Origin: Cirrosporium novae-zelandiae
Lineage: Eukaryota
Reading direction: 5' to 3'
DNA length: 64,000 bases
Assembly (NCBI GenBank): GCA_026023565.1
Contig: JAPETS010000040.1
Span: forward strand, 1 to 64,000
Under the pieces are notes generated by a model. That model saw only the letters and a list, made by a program, of their open reading frames with translations. It was not told the DNA's origin and did no database searches. Shown in pieces: positions 12,499 through 23,281 of the stretch. The position numbers and the translations under genes are program-made. Each line of letters begins with the position of its first letter. Position 1 is the stretch's first letter.

Positions 12499-13947
12499 AT
12501 AGGATCTAAGAATAATTCATACTCTCGATGATGATGAGCACTCCCCCTTCCGCAGTTACATCAGTGGACAAATCAGACTTGAGCGGCCTCATGCTACCTT
12601 GGAATTGAGATAATGTAGCTCCGTCCTCCCCGTCCGGTCGTACACGAGATACAAATAGACGCTGGTACTCGCTGCATGGCCTTCCACTCATCAAATTCTA
12701 CTACACTTTCACTTTCGACTGTGCAGGTTAATTCGAGATACCACCATGATGATGATTCATTTTATTGTCCGCAGGTCGCCTTCAGGTTATGTATGGCGGA
12801 CATCGAAATACCGCCATGACAATTCATATTACTTGGAGCCCTGTTTAAAACACCTGCTATGATACTCCACGTTCTCCAACGATCACCTTTGATGCCATGA
12901 TGTCAATCTAAAGATGAGAACAGCACCAGCAGCGAGTCTGGGTAACCGAGGCGGCGATGTATTGATGAAGAATAAGGGTTGAGGTTATAGATAAATTAGT
13001 CCTGCCAAAAGAGCGATGTGCTTACTCAACCCAACCAGGGCGTTACTAGCTTTGTGATCTAGGGTTCTCTCAATCATTTGTCTCAATGCTAGAGATAAGT
13101 CGGGAAACTGCTTGCTACGTATGCATCTGCCGCTATCGTAGCACTGCTATCATAAGGCTTGTGTACGCCGCGGAGTAAAGCAGTTCATTCTTAATCCAGT
13201 GTGCCATGCATTCTGTCCTTTGGACAATCGCTGCAGAAAAGCGACGCCCTATCCCATGAAATCATCCTGCATGCGCTTGAAAATACTGGGACTAAAAGGA
13301 TATCCGTCGCCATGTGCGATGGACGAGGGTAGTGTTGACGCTGATCAGCATGACATCACCAGTCTAGAGGCTTAATACTTAGTCGATGCTGAAAATATTG
13401 TTACTTCGCCACACTTTGACAGGGGTCTTAGTTTTATGTATTTTAACCTGTAATTTTAATTTTCGTTGTTTTTCTTTCCGCTTCTATGGCTGTCAGGCAC
13501 TCCAGTCAGTAAAACGTTGAAATATTACAATAGAAACTAACCGTATAAAGCTAAGATTAACCCAGTAGATTGTTTCAAAGGGAGCAGGTTGTTACGGATG
13601 CCAAACGGTATCTGTGCCTTAGGCATTCACTTACGCGATGTATTGTGATTTAGATCACATGACCCTTTTTATATTAAGGGTCAAGCCCCGCAACTCAGAT
13701 CATAGAGCTTACTTTCGATAAACAAAAATAAAAGCGACCAGATCCAAAAAATAAACCCAGAAAAGTGGCCTTGAGGAGGACTTCAAACAAAATATTTTTT
13801 TTATATATTTACAATAGATTTTGCCCTTTGGGCTTTAGGGAGGTTTATTATTCGATGAAGGGCCAGTTGTCTACCGCAAACCTAAAACCTTAACCTTCAA
13901 CGTCAAGTCTCACAGATCCTTCCGTTCTCTTTCATTATATCTCAACG

Positions 13948-15563
13948 ATGAAATCTAAGCATAAAACCAATGTAGATCTAACAACAATTACTATTCGACC
14001 AAAACAAACATTCCCTGCACATAGCGAACTCCAAGATACCATAGCTATCCATTGCCCATATCGCATCCGGATTCTCCATCCAGGATACACTGAACCCCAA
14101 AACACCCTCTTCCTCCTCCCCGCTCCAGATCATCCACAAGGCGGGTTCCATCACGAAACGATCCTAACAGCATCCGGCATCATTGCTGGAAACCGATGGG
14201 ATGGCTTTCTTTCGATGACAAAGCGACCAGATCGCATTGAATTACCGTTAGATGGCATATTGCGACATCAAAAGTATTACTTCCATGTACCTGGGTTCGA
14301 TGAAGAAGGTTTACTTCCCTCACTGAAGGCTAGGTTACTTGACTGACGTCTTTTCTAGATCCCTATCCTGTAGTTCCTACCTTCAGAGAATGGCTATTCC
14401 CACATGACAATCTCCCGCCATCGTGGAATGCACTTCAAACATTCGAATTCTTTCCCGAAACTGTTGCTTCGCTAATATCCTAGGCTGTTAGGGCTCGTGA
14501 TGGCATCTGCCGAATGAGTTGCTACAAGCTCGCTCTTCAAGTTGCGCATCTATGTCCAATGAGTGAGCAATGCTGGTTTATTGACAACAGTATGTGGGAA
14601 TATAGTCCTCGAGCCGATCGCATGGGTGCTATAGCAGTTGATAATCCTGCAAATGCACTGCTGCTTCGCCAGGACCTACATAACCTGTTTGATGATAGGC
14701 ACTTTACCTTTGTCCCAAAGAAAGGCCAGCTTGTGATACACTGCTTTATACCTTCTCCCGAAATTCATATTCCATACCACAATTTCCTTCTTCATCCTTG
14801 GGCCGGTGTATCTGTACAATATCTATTCGTACGGTTTGCTATGACTATATTCCCATATTTCTCCCACTTCCTTGAGAGAAAGCAGGATACAAAGTTGCTT
14901 ATAGGTAACAAGGTAGAGATGATGGAAGCGAGTCTCGTGAATTTATATCTACACAAGACCTCCAAGAATTCATCACGAAACAGTCCTACGAAGAGGCAGA
15001 GGCCAGATACAAATTTAGAATTATTGAATGAATCCGATGATTACAATAATTGGACGCACAAACGTCAACGTCGTGATAGCAGCTCTACAATATCTTCCCA
15101 GCAAGCCACTGAGCCTTCTTCATCCCGCTTCCCTGTTAAGTCGATCCCTCCACAAGTACATCTCCCAAAGTCTGTCATCTCTCCTGAAGGATCTTCATAT
15201 CCACGCGCTCATTCAGTCGATATTCCCAAGCTAGCACCCAAACCATTATTGGTTGATAGTTCATCTCCCCCAAACTCCGATTCCGAAATCGTAAAATCTC
15301 CCAGGCCTCTCGCGGACAGCCTAGCCCATAGCCTCCGTGAATACAAGCGCATAGCGAGGCTTCAAAGACAGTATCTCTCTACCGAGCGAGCTCGTTCTGA
15401 TCCCGAAGGTACATGGACCAAAGAGATTGAGTGGGCACAGAATGTATTTGACAGACCTCTCACACAAGCTGAGGTTGCGCGGTGGCGTAAATACTGCGGG
15501 GCTGAGTACCTTGATGAGGATGAGGACGAGGATGAGGACGAGGCAGTTCATCATGAATCATGA
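13948..15563 (+). pseudogene. Fungal HNH endonuclease (HNH_2 type) gene with a premature TAG
   Basis: Intron 14309-14358 gives DPYPVVPTFREWLFPH...LIS*AVRARDGICRMS...AHLCP...DNPANALLLRQDLHNLFD. In-frame TAG at 14481-14483. Confidence 0.8.
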
Positions 15564-15649
15564 TGGGAGTTGAGACTAAGGAAGGGGAATTGAAGTTCAT
15601 ACTTGATCGTTATATATTTATACGTAATTCTTATGGTGGCGCAGCCAGG

Positions 15650-16321
15650 TTATATATCCCGTGCACGTCCTAATCGATCTTCTTCTCGTCGACAAGAATC
15701 ATAATCTGCAATAATCGGGACATCATATGCGTTCAACATGATATTAGATGATTTTAGGTCGTTGTGAATGAGGCCTAGAGAGTGAAGATGTTTGATTCCT
15801 TCCTTGATACCTTTTAGACACATGTCTCGATCTAATGGATGTTCGGTATCTTCAATTCGCTCCGCAAGATTTATTTTATATCTCTTGAAACATAGACCCA
15901 CAATCTGTTCTCCCTGTAAGACGCAACCAAAATACTCGACAATCTTGGGGTGAGGGCTTTTCTTCAATATTTCACATATTTGAGCTTCTTGGAGTAGGAG
16001 ATCACTTGGCCAAATATTGTTGTTGTTGGCAGCAGGCTCACTGCATTGGAGTAGAGAAGGACGTTCCATGAAGTAATAAGGTGATGATGATGAATTAGGT
16101 GGTGCCTGTGTCAAGCCTGCTTCAAAAACGGGCCAGATACGTTCGGAAGGAATTAGGTGCTGTTCAAGCTCATCGGGAACGGTTTTAAGACCGGACGGAT
16201 ATCGTCATTCTGTTATTGCGTAATAAAAATTGTCGCCATTTCGGAATATAAACACGGTGTGGGAATATTCGAGGTTGTCCCCCACTTCTTTGAATGCCTC
16301 ATTTCGCTGATAGATTTCCAT
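15650..16321 (-). pseudogene. Small fungal atypical protein kinase with a premature TGA and truncated C-terminus
   Basis: MEIYQRNEAF...YYAITE*RYP...ERPSLL...EAQICEILKKSPHPKIVEYFGC...HNDLKSSNIM...ADYDSC. In-frame TGA at 16205-16207. The frame ends 12 aa after DYDSC. Confidence 0.78.
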
Positions 16322-16499
16322 TCCTTGAGCTAACGAGCTGTAGTTGACTGCTGTTATACTCATCATCACGGATAATTAGTGAAACCAACCTCAAGTTGAA
16401 ACGATCCCTCACAGTTGATGCAACTCACATCGATATAAACTATCGGAAGATAAATCGGTACTATTTAAGGGGAAGCATTTTGTTTTGTGGAGAGCGGTA

Positions 16500-18200
16500 G
16501 CCTACTCTAAGCCCTGTTTAAAGAACTTGTTGGAGTTGAACATCCATGTTAGGCGTCATTGGAGAGATCCTTATTGTGTATAAAATCCGGAAAAATCAAA
16601 AACCCGAACGCAACGCCTTAGTAACCTAGGCTACCTCATCATTTTTGAACAATACGAGACAACAACAAAATACTAGGAGAACATGAACGACCTCTACACC
16701 GTAATCGGTAAAAGAGCACCTCGAGAAATATCCCCATCAAAAGAAGCCTTGGGGGCTTTCATTTTAATCGAGTGAAGGTAGTTTCAAGAATTGGTTTGCT
16801 TGAGTGTGTGTAAATTCCATAAAGATATATCCCGTCAATCAGATTTCTCCCTAGGTTCAAGTGTTTTAAGCTCCTAGATGTCGATGACAGCAGGTGCTCT
16901 CACACCTGTTAGTTTTCCGTATGAAGTGCATACTTCGTGCTTCCGAAAGACGGACCTCGCGATCGTACTTCGGTATTATAGACCCGTGCACTCGCACAAT
17001 AATCGTACTACCTTATTGATTGATGGTTGGTCCAATATCGGTGGCCTGTAGGACCTCAGCTCGAGAGATACGATGGATGCCACGTCCATTCACAGGGAAA
17101 GAAAGTTCGTATAAAGTATCCTGCCTAGGCAGAGATTTCAAAATAAATCATTTTTCGTATCGCAAGCAAGGGTAAAACTCCGGGGAAGGGTTGCAAGGCG
17201 CGCGCATCATACGCCAAGTCCGAGCACCCTGGCGTGCTGAGGTGACGCTCAACGTCGGGTAAATAAATGCAATACCCAAAAGTTCATTCTACGGAAATAA
17301 AATCCATAAAAATCTTCCAAAAGGTATGTTTGATATGTATATGCACAATAAAAAATATCGGACAAAGAAAAAAGAAAAGGTGTGGGATGCCCTATTCTTT
17401 CTAGCCTGTGGTGTGGTCGTACGTATCTAGTAAAGGTCCTGTGATGGGAGCGAGAGCGACCGAGGAAATCATTGAGACTTTTTTCTTCCTCATACAATAG
17501 GAGCAAGGATAATGACGACAACAATAGCGACAATGTATACCTCCCTCACATTGAGAGAGATGAAAATCAAAAAGAAAAAAGTCCAACCGCAACGGATCTA
17601 CCCGTCAACTTTAAACCTGCGAACCTCCAAGCGTTTCGTTTTCCAATATCCGTCGGTACTTTTGTGGAGCTCCTTGCCCTGCTTGGTTGCTGAGCCGCAT
17701 GTATGAACAACGCATGCATGATAGCTAAAGTAAACAAAAAAAAAACTGTACGTTGCGTGGTTCCTATACTAGGAACGCGTAGCAATCTCCCTTTTTGGAT
17801 TTAATGTGGAGTTTTTTTTTGGCCGGGGGAGGAGGAGATTAGCATTTATCGTATTGTGCTATTGTGTATAACGGGAATAAGGGAAAATATATATATTGAA
17901 GCTGTAGTTAAAGAGAACGTATGATAAGAAAAAAAAAGAAATAGGGTTAGCGAAAGCGAGAGTGGGATCGTAAGATTGAATCAGCCAATCTGAGGATTTG
18001 GTTAACTAAGAACCTAATAAGGGAGAAAAAGAGAGAGACGGCGGTTCATTTTCTTTTCAATAGATAGGTCTAGTTATCAGTTTTTTGGAAGCTTGAGGTG
18101 TAGATCATTTTACCTCTGTAGTAATTATTCTAAGGTGAAGTAGCCTGGTTGTATTATGCAAGGGACGAAGAACCGAAATAAAATTCTCGTGGGTGCCAGT
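16500..18200 (-). ncRNA. Candidate long structured ncRNA (telomerase RNA candidate A); ends approximate
   Basis: No recognisable ORF. CUAACCCUA at 17950-17942, a crossing 12-bp U-rich/A-rich helix, and several hairpins whose G-U pairs work only on the minus strand. Confidence 0.35.
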
Positions 18201-18238
18201 CACTCCAAGTTAGGGATAGGTACCACTACATATTTCCC

Positions 18239-18348
18239 AAGCACAAGCAGAAGCTCAAGCTCAAGCAGAAGCTCAAGCTCAAGCACAAGCTCAAGCACAA
18301 GCACAAGCACAAGCTCAAGCACAAGCACAAGCACAAGCACAAGCACAA
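18239..18348. repeat. (AAGCAC/AAGCTC/AAGCAG)n hexamer microsatellite
   Basis: About 18 copies read directly. Confidence 0.95.
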
Positions 18349-19562
18349 GTAAACTTTCCGATACCCACCGCCAAAATAAGCGCCGGCAGCTCGAACCAAA
18401 ATGACGTAGCGCGTTAAGTAAAATGCCCCCATCAAGAAACAACGCCATTCACAGCGAGTCCCGTCCTCCATCCCCATCAAGTTGTCCGTGGGAAAAAGTG
18501 CCCGTGGATGGTTTCCCTTCCATCCCAAATCCGTGCATTTACTAAAAAAGCGTAAAAGATCAGGAGCACCATATTCGAAATAATCTCATCCCATCTCTCC
18601 ATTCATCCATCCAGTCATCCATTCCATACGACAACGGTAAACTATCTATTCTGTCAACTTAGACTAGTGTTTAATAATGTACTTGGTAGGTCCTTCTGGA
18701 CCTTGGGTCTAGGACCGTCGGATCCCCCCATGTCCCATGTCCCATGTCCCCCCACTCTCCACTATCACATATGCACACATCATCATCTTTATCAGCATCA
18801 TCATCATCACACACACATCACTCACCACACATCACAATCCAAGCAAGAAGAAGAAGAAGCAAAGCAACAAGGGGGAAGGAAGGGAAGAATCCCTGCTTAA
18901 GTTTGATTGACCTATCGACTGATAGATAGATTATTTGGTTGGCTAAGAAAACAAAAACGTAGCTATTAAACTTAACCATTCAAGCCTGGTTGACACGGCA
19001 GTACCACGTTCTAAACCCCAACACTAGGATTGGATTGGAGCTCACCGCCGGTAGGGAAAATCGCTTGGTATAAAGATTCCCTTTACATATTAGAGTTCAC
19101 CCTTCCCTTACCGTGAAAGCTTTTTTGTAACTTGACTAGAATTTAAGACTTGAAAACGAAAGATTTTTTTTTTCTTGCTGTCATTTTTCTTTCTGTTCTA
19201 TTTATTTAACGGCTAGAGAAAAAAACTTGATTTTTCTTTGTGACCATCAGAGCTTGGGCTTCTTTGATTGATTGACTGATTTAAGAGTTGTGGGATTTGG
19301 GCGTTGGATCCATCTACCGACTGACCTGGTCTTGTGAATCCTGGTCGAAGAAAAGTTTATAGGATTGGATCGGATCACAAAATAATAGTATTGTTGTGTT
19401 ATTATCATCGTACGACCTACAAACCATCAACGACCTTTGATTCGAGGACCACCACCTTGCATCCAGACCCACGCCCCTCCAAGCCCAACATAAAATCTAC
19501 CTACCAAATCACAAACCAAACCAACACTTTCGTACCGGACCGAATAGACAGAGACAGACGCC

Positions 19563-20423
19563 ATGGGCTCCATCTCCATCTCACCAACCCCATCTCTCGG
19601 ACCCCCCTTCATCACTGTCCCTGACGTCCCAAATTTCCGCTGCCTGGGTCCTTTCCCCATCCCAGAGTCCCCTGATGCCCCACAAAATGAATTCTCCAAT
19701 GCTACCAAGATATACCGCTCCGGACAGCTCTCCCGGATAAACCCTCGTGGCATTGCCAAATTACGGACACTCAACGTCACTCGTATCTTCGATCTGCGAT
19801 CTGGACCCGAGATCGTAAAATACAAGATGCCCACACCATATCTAGGGCCCGAGCTGGAGATCAGACATGTGCCTGTCTTTGAAGATAAGGATTTCAGCCC
19901 CGAGATGGTATCGAGGATGTATAGAGATTATGGTGATGAGGTAGATGGTGGCGTACATGGGTTTTTGAGAGCCTATCAGGATATTTTGGAGAGCGCTGGG
20001 CCGGCATATGGGGAGATATTGCGATGGATGGTTGAGAGTAAGGAAGATGAAGCCGCCCTGGTCCATTGTTCGGGCGGAAAAGACCGCACCGGTGTGTTTT
20101 GCGCTATGGTGTTAGGGTTGGCCGGCGTAGGGGATGAGGAGGTCGCCAACGATTATCAATTGACAGAAATAGGACTCCAAGAATGGAGAGAGGCTGCTAT
20201 TGGAAAGTTGATGGAGGAGCATCGGGAGTTCGTGGGGCAGAGGAAGATGGCGGAGAGGATTTTTGGAAGCAAGGCGCCGGTTATGAGGGCGTTGATCCAG
20301 AAGGTCAGGGAGCGGTGGGGTGGGTGGGAAGGTTGGTGTCAAGAGGTTGCTGGGCTGAGTAGAGAGGAGTTGGATATTATAAAAAAGAGGATGGTGGTGA
20401 AGGCGGACAAAGCGTCGTTATAA
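19563..20423 (+). CDS. Tyrosine/lipid phosphatase, PtpB/LipA-like (Y_phosphatase3 family)
   Basis: VPNFR, IYRSGQL, IFDLRS, catalytic loop VHCSGGKDRTG, DYQLT. Confidence 0.9.
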   Translation: MGSISISPTPSLGPPFITVPDVPNFRCLGPFPIPESPDAPQNEFSNATKIYRSGQLSRINPRGIAKLRTLNVTRIFDLRSGPEIVKYKMPTPYLGPELEIRHVPVFEDKDFSPEMVSRMYRDYGDEVDGGVHGFLRAYQDILESAGPAYGEILRWMVESKEDEAALVHCSGGKDRTGVFCAMVLGLAGVGDEEVANDYQLTEIGLQEWREAAIGKLMEEHREFVGQRKMAERIFGSKAPVMRALIQKVRERWGGWEGWCQEVAGLSREELDIIKKRMVVKADKASL

Positions 20424-20437
20424 TTTGATGTTTGAGG

Positions 20438-22223
20438 CTACCAATTTTCCCAAATGGAGGAAGGAAGAACCGTCCTCATCAGATTCCAGTGACCGACTGC
20501 GCTGTACATTTGAGATGAAGCTAGATGATAGGTATGGTCCATACGAAGGATATCGGAATCACTGAGTTCATTGAGGTTGAATTTGCTAAGAGGAACTTCG
20601 TATCGAGGGAGTAAGAAAGCCTGACGAGCTCCGCTACCTAAAAAGTCATCGGGGCCAGGAAGTCTGAATGAGAAACGCTTGCGGGAATTGGTACAAAAAA
20701 TAACGAGGTTGGTGAAATCATGGACCAGGTTTTTGTCTTCGGATGCAGCACTTTCGCGGAAGATGCGGCAGGTGGGAAAGACGGAAGTGATTGTTTTAAC
20801 AACTATAGATGCAGATGGCAGGAGAAGATCTCCTGCATAATTCTGAATAACTTGTTAGTAGACACAAGTAATGCATCATATCAAGAAAGCCTACAATTGC
20901 AACAACACCATTCCTTTTCAGGAGATATCGTAATCCAGCAATAAATTCCTGGGTAAATAGGGTGACTGGTTCTGCTCCCCCAGTAAAAACATCATGGATA
21001 ATGTAGTCGTATCTCCGGGTGTCTTTCGTCGCTTGAGCTTCCAGAACAACAGAAGCAGCATCTCTGATCACTGCAGTGTGGTTCAAAGGGAGGCTGAAAT
21101 AATCAAGAGCATACTGGTAGACAACGGGATCGATCTCGACAATTGTAGTATTGATTCCATGAGCAATTAGGGCTCCTGGGGTGGTACCAATGCCTAGTCC
21201 TCTGTTTGTTACATTAGCTAAAGGACTGGATTAGGCTAGAAGGGGCATCTATTACATGACTAGAGCATGCTTATCTGTGTCGACAGACTTCTGATAGGAA
21301 ACACCAGAAATTTCTACAAGCCGAACAGCCTCCAACATGGCAAAGACAGCATATATGGGCTCGTTGACCCTTCCAACATGGTCTTTTTGCGTTGCAATCC
21401 ATTCCCCGCCAAGCAAGCTATGGTCACACCTCATTACTCTAAATCCATCTTTCAGGTTCTCCAACACCGAAATATACCCCGTTACTGACTCATTCCTAGC
21501 CAGCAGAGAGTAGTCGTAGGAATGTAAGGTCTCGTTTAGCTTAGCAGTTGTATGTTGCATTGGCATGTGTGTATTATATGTCGTTGAGAATAGCAAAGAT
21601 GGTATGACATAAACAAGCCAATTCGACGGAAGAGAGACAGCGTACAATGTTGATATCGCAAGTTCCAGACGAGCTCGAGTCACTAGGAGATTCTTCCCCA
21701 GATACATTGGGATGGCTGTAGATGCTGTTTTTTCTGTTATGCTGAACAAGAAATATGACAAAATTCCCGGGGCAGCCTCCGCAATATGTTTGTTAAACCG
21801 ATGGAGATCAAGACGATCAAGAAAACTGGCTGCAAAATGAACGGAGAAAATTGCCAGAGGATAAATAGTCAAGATTTCGGTGATCAATGGACCATATGTA
21901 GCACCTAGATTTCCGCTGATTTTGAAAAGAAAAAACTGCAGCGTGGGGATCCAAAACGCAAGGACAGGGAGAAAGTATATTATGTTCTTGGGTATAATGC
22001 TCTGCAATTGAGGTTTAAAGACCCAAACAATAAGTGAAGTACCCAATATGCCATGCTGATGAAAAAGTGAAGCTGGAATGGATCCATAAACAGGGGAAAG
22101 GTTCAGCTGGGATAGAGAGGCATATATTGCTGGGAGAATGAGCAGCTCTGCCGCTTTCAGGACATTCCACTTACCTCCTGTTGGAGGAGGTGCAGGCTGG
22201 TTTCTAGGAGGTTGGGGAGGCAT
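20438..22223 (-). CDS. Membrane-anchored spermidine-synthase-like SAM methyltransferase; 3 exons
   Basis: Hydrophobic N-terminal half, RVMRCDHSLLGGEW, ALVI|GLGIGT, VEIDPVV, YDYIIHDVFTGG. Introns 21255-21202 and 20894-20843. Ends ...SSIWENW*. Confidence 0.88.
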
Positions 22224-22651
22224 AACTAGAGCTCAAGAATATATAAACAGGAAGCAAATAATTTGAGCGTTGCGAGGGTATTGTCAAAACTAGAAATTCT
22301 ATAATCAACACTTGAAGGTGGATGGATACGGACAACGCTCGCGTGGAGCTGTAGATTCCAGCACAACAACTCTCATCTGTTTAAAACAATAAAAAATTGG
22401 GTTTGATAATTCAAGATTTACAAACAGAACATCTTTAAATTGAGAGTTTTGACATTACAGATTATTTGCGCTAGGTGATTTTGAATACGGAGCGAGGTCA
22501 AAATACCTTGATGTCCCTCATTTACCCCATTCGCTGGCGAACATTTCGCATGACATAAACGGAGCTGGTTGCCACTTTGTATTACAAAAGCAACAGATGA
22601 ATATTCTATTGAAATTCATCTCCACATTAACAAGATAATTAACAGCAGAGA

Positions 22652-23281
22652 ATGCCTTACTTTCCAGAGCAAACCCTTGCGGTCCGACTACGAGAATCGT
22701 CACCGTCGCCCCCTACCATGATGTCCCCGCCTCCCGACCGCATTCGTATCAAGAACCGGCGAAAGCGCTATCTAGACCTCCACCCAGAATATTTTTCGTC
22801 TTCACTCGAGCTTGCGGACCCTCTCCTCTATGATCGCCTCGTTCGTCGCTTTCAAACAACCTCTGAGCGCGAAGCTGAAGGTCGAGCTAAGGGCTACTCT
22901 GGTGTGCTAGAAGCAGACCTCATGCGCTCGGAAGCCAAGCTAGAGGCCCTGGCAAATCCTGATAAAAATGCCACGTTTACATATAAGAGAGGACCGAACG
23001 GGGAGATTATGGCCGAACAGGAGGATGAGATCCCACCAAATAAAGAAGAGGGAATGAAGAGGTGGAGGTGGGAGATGGAGATGCGATTTATACGGGGAGG
23101 GGACGAAGATTTTGATTATGAGAAAATAGATAATAACGAGGACTTTGATGATCATGCGGAAGAAGAGAGGCAGAAGCAAGAGGATTACTTTTCACAACAA
23201 GAGCCCGAGTGGGTTTTCGAGGATGGTGAAGAGGACAAGGAGAAACAACCTCAAGGAGAGACTGGAATCCAGGATTTTTGA
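22652..23281 (+). CDS. CCDC97-like protein
   Basis: KNRRKRYL...ADPLLYDRLV...FIRGGDEDFDYEKIDNNEDFDD...QEDYF...ETGIQDF. Confidence 0.82.
   Translation: MPYFPEQTLAVRLRESSPSPPTMMSPPPDRIRIKNRRKRYLDLHPEYFSSSLELADPLLYDRLVRRFQTTSEREAEGRAKGYSGVLEADLMRSEAKLEALANPDKNATFTYKRGPNGEIMAEQEDEIPPNKEEGMKRWRWEMEMRFIRGGDEDFDYEKIDNNEDFDDHAEEERQKQEDYFSQQEPEWVFEDGEEDKEKQPQGETGIQDF

Noticed and set aside
12506..13400. Stop-riddled protein-like fragments on the minus strand
   Set aside because: No recognisable motif; possibly a relic, but not supportable by eye.
8891..17132. CTACCTAGGCAG and CTGCCTAGGCAG near the island edges as possible terminal repeats
   Set aside because: Short near-palindromes with no extended TIR, no TSD and no transposase.
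16866..17483. AAAAGUCUC ... GGAGCUUA, resembling RNase MRP CR-I and CR-V
   Set aside because: The P4 pairing is incomplete, the motifs are about 600 nt apart, and other conserved regions are missing.
17745..17786. Minus-strand hairpin ending in ACA, resembling the snR30/U17 m1-m2 hairpin
   Set aside because: The motifs read CGUUCC and GAACCAC rather than AUAUUCC and AAACCAU, and no convincing H box or 5' domain was seen.
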